Assembly (NCBI RefSeq): GCF_042650625.1
Contig: NZ_JBHSBM010000011.1
Location: forward strand, 687,297 to 705,189
Length of the DNA: 17,893 nucleotides
Reading direction: 5' to 3'
Source of the DNA: Planomonospora corallina
GTDB lineage: Bacteria > Actinomycetota > Actinomycetes > Streptosporangiales > Streptosporangiaceae
Below, in pieces: positions 6,801 to 13,890 of the stretch. Under the pieces are notes generated by a model. It worked only from the letters and a program-made list of their open reading frames with translations, did no database searches and had not been told where the DNA came from. The position numbers were made by a program, and so were the translations under genes. Position 1 is the stretch's first letter; every line of letters begins with the position of its first letter.

Positions 6801-9075
6801 CGTCCTCCCGCTTGGCGGACAGCTCCGCGAGGAAGTCGTCGAACTCGGTGAAGCGCGACTCCAGGTTCTCCAGCTGCAGCATCAGCCGGCCGAGCTGCTC
6901 GTCGCACCGGTCGGGGGTGTCGGCCACCGCCAGGGCCCCGGTGATCGCCTGCCCCAGCAGGGCGAACTCGGCGGCGAAGGCGGCCCGGCCCTCGGCGGTC
7001 AGCAGCTCGCGCCGGCGCGCCCGCAGGGTGGCCCGCGCCCGGTTGACCCCGCCGAGCACCTCGCCCACCCGCTCCAGGATGGCGGTGCGCACCCCGGCGT
7101 CGGCGATGTCGAGCGTGCCGACCACCTCGATGACCACCTCCAGGCCGCGGGCCTGCACGGTCAGCCGCTCGTCGACGGGCTCGGCCTCGGCCGTGGAGGT
7201 GATCTCCGCGGCCTTCGCGGCCAGGCGCCCGACCTCGTCGCGGTAGTCGGCGAAGGCGTCCTCGCCCGACAGGAAGGCGACCGCGCGCTGCGCCGTACCG
7301 TCGAGCCCGTCCCGCAGCTCGGCGTCCAGCCGGTCGATCCGGCCGGTGTCGGCGTAGCGCAGCTCGCGCAGGGTCACCAGGTGTCCCTGCGCCTGGCGGA
7401 GCCCGTCCAGCCGGGTGACCCACTCGGCGGCCGAGCGGGCCGCCTCCCCGCGAGCCCGGCGCAGGAGGGAGGCGATCTGCGCGGCGGCCTCCTCCACCGC
7501 CGTCTCGGCCTGCCCCGTGAGGGAGCGGACCTTCTCGAACTCGTCCAGCACCTGCTCGGCGGTGGCCCGCAGGTCGGCCAGGGGAGTGCGCAGGTCCCCC
7601 TGCACACCGGGGTCGCCCAGCCAGTGGTAGTGGTCGAAGACCCGCGTGCAGGCCGCGATCAGTGCCTCGAACACCGCCTGCGAGGGCGCCATCTCCTCGA
7701 CCATGCGGGCCACCGAGAGGCAGTCGGAGATGCCGCGCACCAGCTCGGCGTTGCCGATCCGCTCCAGCGGGCCGGTCCCGACCGGCTGGGCGGCGGCGTA
7801 GACGTCGGAGGTGAACGGCGTCTGCCACACCTGCATCGGGTGCACCCGGGTCGGCTCCTCCGAGACCGCCCGGAACACCACCAGCGTGCCGTCGTCGAAC
7901 AGCGAGTAGCCGTGGCAGGGGATCGGCGTCGCCACCTGCTTGCGGATCACGTTGTACGGCAGCAGCAGCGAGCGGCCCTCGGCCCGGGCGTGGAACACGT
8001 AGAGCACGTCCTCGCCGTTGACCGAGCGGATGACCCGCTCGAACTCCAGGTCGGTGACGTCGGTGTCGAAGGTCTTGCTCACCCCGGTGGACAGGTAGTA
8101 GCCGCCCGGGAAGATGATGCCCTGGTCCTCCGGGAGCCGCCGGCAGGCCTGGCCGATGCCGTCCAGCCGCACGACCTCCTTGGTCCGGGTGTTGAAGACC
8201 AGGTGCCGCCACTCCGTCTCGTTGTAGGGCCGGATGCGCAGCAGGATCAGCGGGCCGATCCTGGCGTGCTGCACGTCGGCGTCGGCGAGGCTCTGCAGCG
8301 GCTCGGCGACCGGCTCGTGGTAGATCCCCTCGCCGGTCTCCGTGTTGTTCTCGATCTTGATGGTGAGGTCGCCGCCGACGGTCTCGACGAACACCTCGCC
8401 CTGGATCGAGATGTGCGGGTGCCGGCCGAGGACGTGGTCGTCCCGGGTGGTGGCGGTCCACTCGAAGTCGTGCGAGGCGGGGAAGACGTGGTCGCGCTCG
8501 CCCCGGTCGTCGATGTAGGTGAGCGAGCCGTCCGTGCCGACCTGCCAGCGCAGCACCCGGATGTCCTGCGGGCCGGTCCGGAAGACGGCCAGCAGCTTGC
8601 CGTCCACCCGGCGGAGCTGGATCAGCCGGGTCTCCCGGTAGTACCGGTAGAGCTCGGCGAAGTCCCGCTCGAACTGCGGATGGTGGAAGAGCGGCTCGGG
8701 GTCGAACCGGAAGGCGTCCGAGTCCCGGCTGAAGCGGTGCATGGAGAAGACGTCGGCGACGGTCGTCTCCGGCTTCAGCCCGATGAAGACGTTGTACCCG
8801 AAGAGCATGAGATCGCCGATCGAGACGATGTCGCGGGGCACGCAGTTGTTCTCGGTGCGGATCCGCTCGGTCCCGATCAGGCGGAGCTCGGTCCCGCCGA
8901 AGACCTCCAGGCGCCGGGCGTTGAGCTCCTCGGCCCGCCGGGCCAGCTCCCCGGCCTGCTCGGCGAGGCGGGCGCGGAGCACCTCGTAGGTGCCCGCGTC
9001 CAGCGCCTGCTCCGTCGTGCCCTGCGGGCCGGTGAGGGCCTCGGAGGTGTCGGTGACGCTCACGTCCGGCGTCAC
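3847..9075 (-). CDS. Giant (1742 aa) multidomain protein with a C-terminal MoxR/midasin-clade AAA+ ATPase module. Likely the flotillin-associated 'DNA repair ATPase'/DUF3686-like family (family name from memory, unverified).
   Basis: Uninterrupted 5229-nt ORF. GTG start (9075..9073) overlaps the flotillin TGA stop (GTGA overlap). Walker A LLLISPPGYGKTT is encoded around 4906-4935. Walker B is LLYLDDIQH; sensor-1-like motif is FAVCMAGNPY (ATMNP-type, AAA_5 clade). N-terminal ~480 aa is beta-rich, followed by a long alpha-helical/coiled-coil middle. A Gly/Ala/Ser-rich linker contains 12-aa tandem repeats. Confidence 0.8.
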   Translation of the reverse strand: MTPDVSVTDTSEALTGPQGTTEQALDAGTYEVLRARLAEQAGELARRAEELNARRLEVFGGTELRLIGTERIRTENNCVPRDIVSIGDLMLFGYNVFIGLKPETTVADVFSMHRFSRDSDAFRFDPEPLFHHPQFERDFAELYRYYRETRLIQLRRVDGKLLAVFRTGPQDIRVLRWQVGTDGSLTYIDDRGERDHVFPASHDFEWTATTRDDHVLGRHPHISIQGEVFVETVGGDLTIKIENNTETGEGIYHEPVAEPLQSLADADVQHARIGPLILLRIRPYNETEWRHLVFNTRTKEVVRLDGIGQACRRLPEDQGIIFPGGYYLSTGVSKTFDTDVTDLEFERVIRSVNGEDVLYVFHARAEGRSLLLPYNVIRKQVATPIPCHGYSLFDDGTLVVFRAVSEEPTRVHPMQVWQTPFTSDVYAAAQPVGTGPLERIGNAELVRGISDCLSVARMVEEMAPSQAVFEALIAACTRVFDHYHWLGDPGVQGDLRTPLADLRATAEQVLDEFEKVRSLTGQAETAVEEAAAQIASLLRRARGEAARSAAEWVTRLDGLRQAQGHLVTLRELRYADTGRIDRLDAELRDGLDGTAQRAVAFLSGEDAFADYRDEVGRLAAKAAEITSTAEAEPVDERLTVQARGLEVVIEVVGTLDIADAGVRTAILERVGEVLGGVNRARATLRARRRELLTAEGRAAFAAEFALLGQAITGALAVADTPDRCDEQLGRLMLQLENLESRFTEFDDFLAELSAKREDVYEAFSSRRQALLDERARRADRLAGSADRILASVQRRVSSLGSVDEVNTYFASDPMVRKLHAVAAELRELGDQVRAEELEGRVKAARQEAGRALRDRLDLYTDGGETIRLGRHRFAVNTQEADLTLVPHGGEMAFAVTGTDYRAPVGDPAFAATRPFWSQLLVSESPDVYRAEHLAAAVLAAAEAGTPLVEGGSGGLTVSLDALHEAAVADGELLRIVRRAAESRYDEGYERGVHDHDAAAILDVLLRLHAGAGLLRYPPAARAAAQLFWAFGTDEAERSSWTTRAVSLARARARFGHVAAVEETCRALGSAVAAFLAEPARGGDGAFLAQPARGGDEAAPDGRSGSGGPVPGEARTGSGGPVSGEARGAAASGTFGDPAEISELAGEYLFEELASAPAGFVTSAGARRLLERFDRALGAARADFAEDLRALAGDLPGRRRLAEAWLEAFAGGSGAVTAGVTAGASGGSGDSRNAGDGSGAALARSCPELPEAVAVLLCEGLPRHDSSAALEATVEGLLGAHPRVTGRSMTVRLDEFLARTRRFRTHRAPAYRDYLRRRNELVAAERTRLRLEEYRPKVMSSFVRNQLLDEVYLPLIGDNLAKQLGASGDAKRTDQMGLLLLISPPGYGKTTLMEYVANRLGLVFVKVNGPALGHRVTSVDPAEAPDATSRQEVEKINFALEMGNNVLLYLDDIQHTSPELLQKFISLCDAQRRMEGVWNGRSRTYDLRGKRFAVCMAGNPYTESGARFRIPDMLANRADVWNLGDVLSGREEVFALSYVDTALTSNPVLAPLATREREDVRLLVRLAQGDPAVRADRLAHPYSSVELEQILAVLRKLLHVQRVVLSVNQAYIASAAQSDAARTEPPFRLQGSYRNMTKLAARISAVMNDAELEAVIDDHYLGEAQTLTSGAEENLLRLAEIRGRLTPGQAARWAEVKAAYVRARALGGGEDDPVARAVGAVGLLADRVGTAIDRAADRLAPER
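5409..5432. repeat. 2 x 12-bp perfect tandem repeat (CGCCTGCGGTCA) inside the ATPase linker.
   Basis: Read directly at 5409-5420 and 5421-5432. Encodes AVTAGVTAG on the minus strand. Confidence 0.8.
5699..5770. repeat. 2 x 36-bp tandem repeat inside the ATPase linker.
   Basis: Units CGTGCCTCCCCGGACACCGGTCCGCCGGATCCGGTC (5699-5734) and CGTGCCTCCCCGGGCACCGGTCCGCCGGATCCGCTC (5735-5770), 33/36 identical. Encode SGSGGPVPGEAR / TGSGGPVSGEAR. Confidence 0.8.
5791..5862. repeat. Second, unrelated 2 x 36-bp tandem repeat inside the ATPase linker.
   Basis: Units GTCACCTCCGCGGGCCGGCTGTGCCAGGAAGGCTCC (5791-5826) and GTCACCTCCGCGGGCCGGCTCCGCCAGGAAGGCCGC (5827-5862). Encode AFLAEPARGGDG / AFLAQPARGGDE. 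Confidence 0.8.
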
Positions 9076-11300
9076 TCCCGGCCCGCGTCGGCGACGGGGC
9101 CGCCCCCGGCGCTGCCGTTGCCCGCCGCCGGCACGTCCGTGACGGTCACCGGGACGTCCGTACCGGTCGCCACCGTGGCGGTGGGCGTCACCGGCACCGC
9201 GGCGGCCGTCGTCACGGTCGCGGCGCCCCCGCCGTTCCCACCGCTGCCGCCGGAGCCGAGCAGCTCGCGCAGCCGGGCCCCCTCGGGGCCGCCCTCGTTC
9301 ACCAGCTTCACCAGCAGCGCCGAGAGCGACAGATCGCGCACGTCCGAGCTGCCCAGCGAGCCGAGCACCCGGGTCAGGTCGGCGGGCAGGCTCTGGGACC
9401 CGTCGAGGTACGGCCCGGCGAGCGTGCGGGCCACGCCGGAGTGCTCCACGAAGCCGTCCACGCTCTTGCCCATGGCGACCGCGCCGACCAGCTTGTCGAA
9501 GAACACGCTGTCGCCGCCGACGATGTCGATGTCGGCCTTCTCCAGCCCGGCGGCGAGCACCACGGCCTGCGCCTCGGCGACCTTGACCTGGGAGGTGACG
9601 CCGGCCAGGCGGATCTCCTTCTCCGCCTCCAGCCGCAGGCGGTACTCCTCGTGGCCCCGGCTCGCCTCGTCCATCGCGGCCAGCGCCGCCGCCTTCTCGG
9701 TCAGACCCTCGGCCTCGGCCTTGAGCGTCTCGCCGACCCGGGCGGCCTCGGCCAGCGCCTTGGCCTGCTCGCCGTCGGCCTCCGCCATGAGCTTCTCGCG
9801 CAGCCCGGCGGCGACGGCCTGGGCCCTGGCCTGCTCGCCCTCGGCGGCGGCCAGCGCCTTCTCCCGCTCGACCGCGGCCTCGGCCCGGCCGACCTTCTCG
9901 ATCGCGGCGGCGTTGCGCTCGGCGACCTGCACCTCGGCCAGGCCGGTCGCGGCGGCCTCGGCCTGGACGCCCTCGGCCAGGCGGATCTTGGCGCGGGCGT
10001 CGAGCTCGGCGGCCTGCTGGCGCGCCTCGGCCAGCACCAGGGACTCGCGGGCCTTGTGCTTGGAGGCGGCCTCGGCCGCCTCGGCGGCCTTGATGTCCTT
10101 GACCAGCTTCTCCTGCGCCTCGGCCTCGGCCTGGATGATCACGGCCTGGCGGGTGCGCTCGGCCTCCTCGACCACCCGCAGGCGCTTGATGCTCTCCTCC
10201 TGCTCGGCGACCGTCTTCTCCACCGCGACGCGCTCGCGGACGACCTCGGCGATCGAGCGCTTCTCGCCCTCGAGCTCCTTGTCCTTGGCGATGCGGGACA
10301 GCTCGGTCTCGCGCTCGCGGGCGATGACCTCCAGCAGACGGTCCTTCTCGATCCGCTCGCTCTCGATGGCGATGACCCGCTCGCGGTTCTTGGCCGCCAC
10401 CTCGATCTCCCGGGCCTGGTTCTCCCGCTGGATGCCGAGCTGCTCCTCGGTGCGCAGGTCCGCGGTGCTGGCCTTGAGCCGCTCCTCGGCCCGGACCCGG
10501 GCGATCTCGGCCTCCTCGCGGGCGCGCATGGTCTCGACCTCGCGCTTCTGCTTGATCTCCGCGTCGGCCTGGCGGCGCTCCAGCTCCAGGATGGCCTCCC
10601 GCGCGTCCACGTTCTGGCGGGTGATCTCCTTCTCCTCGTGGCGCTGGTACTCGTTGGTCCGCACGTGCTCGATCGCGGTCAGCTCGGTGATCTTGCGGAT
10701 GCCCTGGGCGTCGAGGATGTTCGCCGGGTCGAGCTTGCTCAGCGGCGTCTGCTCCAGGTAGTCGATCGCCGCGTCCTCGAGGCTGTAGCCGTTCAGGTCG
10801 GTGCCGATGACCTGGATGATCTGGTCGCGGAAGTGATCGCGCTGGGTGTAGAGGTCGACGAAGTCGAGCTGCTTGCCGACGGTCTTCAGCGCCTCGGAGA
10901 ACTTGGCGTTGAACAGCTCCTGCAGCGTCTCGGCGTCACTGGCCCGGGCGGTGCCGATGGCCTGGGCGACCTTCACCACGTCCTCGACGGTCTTGTTGAC
11001 CCGGACGAAGAAAGTGATCTTGATGTCGGCCCGGATGTTGTCCCGGCAGATCAGGCCCTCCTTGCCGGAGCGCTCGATCTCGATGGTCTTCACCGAGATG
11101 TCCATGAACTCGGCCTTGTGGACCACGGGCAGCACGACCGCCCCGGTGAAGGTGACGTCGACCTTGTTGACCTTGGACACGATCAGCGCCCTGCCCTGTT
11201 CGACCTTGTGGAACAGGCGCGTGATCATGAAGACGATGCCGATGAGGACGAGCAGGGCGAAGCCCAGGAGCACGCCGAAACCGGTGGAGATGACGTCCAT
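9072..11300 (-). CDS. Flotillin-family protein (SPFH/band-7 domain with long EA-rich coiled coil; YqiK/FloT-like).
   Basis: N-terminal TM segment then an SPFH-like region (MDVISTGFGVLLGFALLVLIGIVFMITRLF...GRALIVSKVNKVDVTF...). Then several hundred residues of E/A/R/K-rich coiled coil (AEAEAQEKL..., flotillin EA-repeat hallmark) and a Gly/Thr/Val-rich C-terminal tail. ATG at 11300 preferred over the track's TTG at 11312 (SD GAGGGA 6-7 nt upstream). Stop overlaps the downstream ATPase start. Confidence 0.9.
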   Translation of the reverse strand: MDVISTGFGVLLGFALLVLIGIVFMITRLFHKVEQGRALIVSKVNKVDVTFTGAVVLPVVHKAEFMDISVKTIEIERSGKEGLICRDNIRADIKITFFVRVNKTVEDVVKVAQAIGTARASDAETLQELFNAKFSEALKTVGKQLDFVDLYTQRDHFRDQIIQVIGTDLNGYSLEDAAIDYLEQTPLSKLDPANILDAQGIRKITELTAIEHVRTNEYQRHEEKEITRQNVDAREAILELERRQADAEIKQKREVETMRAREEAEIARVRAEERLKASTADLRTEEQLGIQRENQAREIEVAAKNRERVIAIESERIEKDRLLEVIARERETELSRIAKDKELEGEKRSIAEVVRERVAVEKTVAEQEESIKRLRVVEEAERTRQAVIIQAEAEAQEKLVKDIKAAEAAEAASKHKARESLVLAEARQQAAELDARAKIRLAEGVQAEAAATGLAEVQVAERNAAAIEKVGRAEAAVEREKALAAAEGEQARAQAVAAGLREKLMAEADGEQAKALAEAARVGETLKAEAEGLTEKAAALAAMDEASRGHEEYRLRLEAEKEIRLAGVTSQVKVAEAQAVVLAAGLEKADIDIVGGDSVFFDKLVGAVAMGKSVDGFVEHSGVARTLAGPYLDGSQSLPADLTRVLGSLGSSDVRDLSLSALLVKLVNEGGPEGARLRELLGSGGSGGNGGGAATVTTAAAVPVTPTATVATGTDVPVTVTDVPAAGNGSAGGGPVADAGRE

Positions 11301-11312
11301 GTGTTCCCTCAA

Positions 11313-11984
11313 CTAGATGGGACGGTCGGGGTCGAGTTCCGCGTCGTACGGCGTCACCCAGAAGAACTCGCCGTCGGAGTCGTAGGCGTAGATCAGGGCG
11401 GTGCTGCCGGCGCCGAAGACGTCGTCGCCGGTCTGTCTGACCTGTACGAGGGCGGAGGAGCCGTCGCGGGAGGTGATCTCGGCCTGGCCGAAGTCCCTTC
11501 CCACCCGGCTGGTGCGGATGACGCAGGTGCGGCCCACGAAGTCGGCGCGGGAGGGAACGCGCTCCTTCGACGCGGCGCGCTGCAGCGGCACCGCCAGCAG
11601 GCGAGCGCCGATCCAGGCGCAGGCGAGCGCCGCGACGAGCACCGCGACCAGGAGGACGGCCTGGGGGAAGGCAGGGATCCCGGCGACGAGGGCCGAGCCG
11701 GTGAGGCTGGTGAACCAGGCGATGGAGACCATCGCGGAGACGGTCACGCCGACCGGCACTCCGCCGAGCCCGAGGAAGGCCAGGAGCCCGCCGACGCCTC
11801 CCGCGCCCCCTGCATCCCCCGCGTCACCGGCGAGCTCGCTCCCGCCGCCCGCCGCGTCACCGTCGAGCGCGCCCCCGGTGAAGAGGGTGAGAATCCAGTA
11901 ACCGGCCACCACGAGCAGCGGGAAACTGAACAGGACGGTGGGGAAAGAGAGCGCGGCCTCGATGAACCGTTCCAACCGACCCAT
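11313..11984 (-). CDS. NfeD/YqiJ-like membrane protein (flotillin operon partner; TM helices plus C-terminal OB-fold-like segment).
   Basis: MGRLERFIEAALSFPTVLFSFPLLVVAGYWILTLF..., several hydrophobic helices, and a C-terminal GRTCVIRTSRVGRDFGQAEI...ALVQV resembling the NfeD beta-barrel. TAG stop lies 12 nt before the flotillin ATG. ATG 11984 preferred; the track's TTG 12011 is the alternative start. Confidence 0.7.
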   Translation of the reverse strand: MGRLERFIEAALSFPTVLFSFPLLVVAGYWILTLFTGGALDGDAAGGGSELAGDAGDAGGAGGVGGLLAFLGLGGVPVGVTVSAMVSIAWFTSLTGSALVAGIPAFPQAVLLVAVLVAALACAWIGARLLAVPLQRAASKERVPSRADFVGRTCVIRTSRVGRDFGQAEITSRDGSSALVQVRQTGDDVFGAGSTALIYAYDSDGEFFWVTPYDAELDPDRPI

Positions 11985-12039
11985 GGATGTAGAAGATCCC
12001 CCTGCTGGCAACCCCGTGGCCGCGTCCCCGAACGCGTGC

Positions 12040-12107
12040 TCCGACTATAACTTGGTAAAGAACGGGCAAAAGAAATAGTTCCTGAAATCCCGAAAAAATC
12101 TTGACCT
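12040..12107. promoter_or_regulatory. AT-rich island upstream of the NfeD-flotillin-ATPase operon (probable operon promoter, minus strand).
   Basis: CTATAACTTGGTAAAGAACGGGCAAAAGAAATAGTTCCTGAAATCCCGAAAAAATCTTGACC is ~40% GC. On the minus strand a TATAGT -10-like hexamer (plus-strand coordinates 12044-12049) lies ~55 nt upstream of the NfeD ATG, preceded by TTGCCC. Spacing to a -35 is not ideal, so only regional confidence. Confidence 0.4.
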
Positions 12108-12141
12108 GGATGGCTGCGGGGTCCCGGGAATCCCGTGCTTT
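12108..12141. terminator. Perfect 10-bp GC hairpin downstream of the ECF sigma gene.
   Basis: GGGGTCCCGG (12108-12117), 14-nt loop, CCGGGACCCC (12132-12141). About 105 nt past the sigma stop (12247). On the minus-strand transcript a U6 run follows only ~20 nt later, so not a canonical intrinsic terminator. Confidence 0.35.
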
Positions 12142-12246
12142 CCGGGACCCCCGGGGTGCGGCCGGCGGAGTGCGCCCCGGTGAAGACGCCGAGCCGCTCG
12201 CAGGGTGTTCCGGGCGGGGGCGGCCGCCATGGTCATCCCGCCGTGG

Positions 12247-13170
12247 TCATCCCGCCGACCGGCGCGCCTGTCTCACCTCGCGGGTGCTCGCCCAGGCGTC
12301 CGCCACCGGGCCCAGGTGCCCGAGCTTGTCGGGGTTGATCACCGAACGGATGGTCTGGATCCGTCCGCCGAGCACATCGAGCGCCAGGGTGTGGAGCACT
12401 CTGCCGTCCCGGTCCCGGAAGACCGCCCCCGGCTCGCCGTTGACCTCGTGCGGCTCGAACGTCACACCGATCCGGGCCATCAGGGGGAAGACGGAGGCGA
12501 GCAGCCGGGCGACGTTCTCGGCGCCGACGACGGCCCTGGCCAGTTGCGGGGCCCTGCCGCCGCCGTCGCCGGCCATCGACACGTCGGCGGCGAGCAGCTC
12601 CCGCAAACCGGTGACGTCGCCCTCCCGCAGGGCGTCGAAGAACCGCGCCGCGAGTTCCGCCCGCTCCGCCCGGTCCGCTTCGAAGCGTGGACGCCCGGCC
12701 TCCATGTGCCGCCGCGCCCGCACCGACAGCTGCCGGCAGGCCGCCTCCGACCGTCCCACCGCCGCGGCGACCTCGCCGAACCCGAAGCCGAACACCTCCC
12801 GCAGCACGAACACCGCCCGCTCCAGCGGGCTGAGCCGCTCCAGCAGCAGCAGCGCCGCCATCGACACCGAGTCGGCGAGCTCCACCGACCGCGCCGGGTC
12901 CTGGTACGGATCGCTCAGCAGCGGCTCGGGGAACCACGGGCCCACGTACTCCTCCCGCCGGACCCGGGCGGAGCGCAGGACGTCGATCGAGATCCGCGTC
13001 ACCGTGGCGGACAGAAAAGCCCTGGTCGACGCGGGGCGGGCCGCCGAGCCGTCGAAACGCAACCACGTCTCCTGCACCGCGTCCTCGGCCTCGCCCACAC
13101 TGCCCAGAATCCGATAGGCGATCGAGAACAGCAGCGGTCGCAGCTCCTCGAACTCCTCGACCTTGCTCAC
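12247..13170 (-). CDS. ECF41-family RNA polymerase sigma factor (sigma-70 regions 2 and 4 with a fused SnoaL/NTF2-like C-terminal regulatory extension; SigJ-like).
   Basis: Region 2 (LLFSIAYRILGSVGEAEDAVQETWLRF) and region 4 (LSPLERAVFVLREVFGFGFGEVAAAVGRSEAACRQL). ECF41 signatures YVGPWFPEP, DGGGR and C-terminal NPDKL. GTG start at 13170 with SD GAGGGAG and 5-nt spacing; the track's ATG at 13233 is the alternative. Confidence 0.9.
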   Translation of the reverse strand: MSKVEEFEELRPLLFSIAYRILGSVGEAEDAVQETWLRFDGSAARPASTRAFLSATVTRISIDVLRSARVRREEYVGPWFPEPLLSDPYQDPARSVELADSVSMAALLLLERLSPLERAVFVLREVFGFGFGEVAAAVGRSEAACRQLSVRARRHMEAGRPRFEADRAERAELAARFFDALREGDVTGLRELLAADVSMAGDGGGRAPQLARAVVGAENVARLLASVFPLMARIGVTFEPHEVNGEPGAVFRDRDGRVLHTLALDVLGGRIQTIRSVINPDKLGHLGPVADAWASTREVRQARRSAG

Positions 13171-13264
13171 ACCGACTCCCTCACCCTGGAGGTCCTCCCG
13201 CCGGGCCGTACTCGCCGGCGCGGACCTCCCCACCGATCATCGGGACCACCGGGCCGCCCGAGTG

Positions 13265-13292
13265 ACGGCCCGGGCCCCGGGGTCCGGGCCGT
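13265..13292. promoter_or_regulatory. ~28-bp near-perfect GC palindrome between the CMD stop and the sigma start (attenuator/terminator or operator).
   Basis: AGTGACGGCCCGGGCCCCGGGGTCCGGGCCGT. Symmetric about the CCCCGGGG core (13275-13282) with one non-Watson-Crick position. Begins 9 nt after the CMD stop (13301-13303). Confidence 0.45.
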
Positions 13293-13300
13293 TCAACGGA

Positions 13301-13774
13301 TCAGTGGAACCGGCCGGGCTCGTAGCCGCCGGCCGGCTGACGGGTGATGATGTTCAGCCGGTTCGCCGCATTCATGAAGGCGACCAGGGTCACCAGCGCG
13401 GTGAGCTGCTCCTCGTCGTAGTGCATGGCGGCATGCGCCCAGACCTCGTCGCCGACCCCGCCGGCCGCGTCCGCGACCCGGGTCCCCTCCTCCGCCAGCG
13501 CCAGCGCGGCGCGCTCGGCCTCGGTGAAGACCGTGGCCTCCCGCCACGCCGCCACCAGGTTCAGCCGCACCGAGGTCTCCCCGGCTGCGGTGGCGTCCTT
13601 GGTGTGCATGTCGATGCAGGCGGCGCAGCCGTTGATCTGGCTCACGCGCAGCGCCACCAGCTCCTGCGTCACGGCCGGCAGCGGGGACCCCTTGAGCGCC
13701 TTGCCCGCCGCCATGAAGTGCTTGAGGATCTGGCCGGCGGTCGGGGAGGCGAAGTAGTTCAGCCGCGCATCCAT
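13301..13774 (-). CDS. Carboxymuconolactone decarboxylase (AhpD-like) family protein; canonical ECF41-associated 'COE' gene.
   Basis: 157 aa with the CxxCxxxH motif (GCAACIDMH) typical of AhpD/CMD. Strong SD GAGGAG 4 nt before the ATG. Sits immediately upstream of the ECF41 sigma on the same strand and is preceded by the ECF41 promoter motif. Confidence 0.85.
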   Translation of the reverse strand: MDARLNYFASPTAGQILKHFMAAGKALKGSPLPAVTQELVALRVSQINGCAACIDMHTKDATAAGETSVRLNLVAAWREATVFTEAERAALALAEEGTRVADAAGGVGDEVWAHAAMHYDEEQLTALVTLVAFMNAANRLNIITRQPAGGYEPGRFH

Positions 13775-13814
13775 GGTGTGCTCCTCTGCGGTCGTCAGTG
13801 GCTACACCCCTTGA

Positions 13815-13841
13815 GACGAGGTGGCCCGACCCCCTGTGACA
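13815..13841 (-). promoter_or_regulatory. ECF41-type promoter (TGTCACA-N16-CGTC) driving the CMD(-sigma) operon.
   Basis: The minus strand reads TGTCACA (13841..13835), exactly 16 nt (GGGGGTCGGGCCACCT), then CGTC (13818..13815). About 40 nt upstream of the CMD ATG (13774). Matches the published ECF41 target promoter consensus. Confidence 0.7.
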
Positions 13842-13890
13842 CGGATGGATGTGATCTGCGTCTCCCGCCCGCAGGCGCCGGCCCCGCCCG

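Noticed and set aside
4714-10761. 2015-aa plus-strand ORF in the six-frame track.
   Set aside because: It is antisense to the well-supported giant ATPase and flotillin genes. Its translation is low-complexity (Gly/Ala/Arg/Pro-rich, e.g. GQLGAGAGQGGAGAVPGVPGVP) with no recognisable motifs. Long stop-free antisense frames are expected at 72% GC.
9441-12050. 869-aa plus-strand ORF antisense to flotillin and NfeD.
   Set aside because: Same GC-artifact reasoning. The opposite strand carries unmistakable SPFH/EA-repeat flotillin and NfeD coding sequence.
12108-12141. Calling the GGGGTCCCGG/CCGGGACCCC hairpin a confident intrinsic terminator for the sigma gene.
   Set aside because: The U-run on the minus-strand transcript is ~20 nt beyond the stem rather than adjacent. 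Kept only as a low-confidence feature.
12101-13347. 338-aa (12101..13117 +), 380-aa (12205..13347 +) and 277-aa (12233..13066 -) ORFs overlapping the sigma factor.
   Set aside because: Only the 12247..13170 minus frame contains sigma-70 regions 2 and 4 and the ECF41 signatures. The others are GC-driven open frames.
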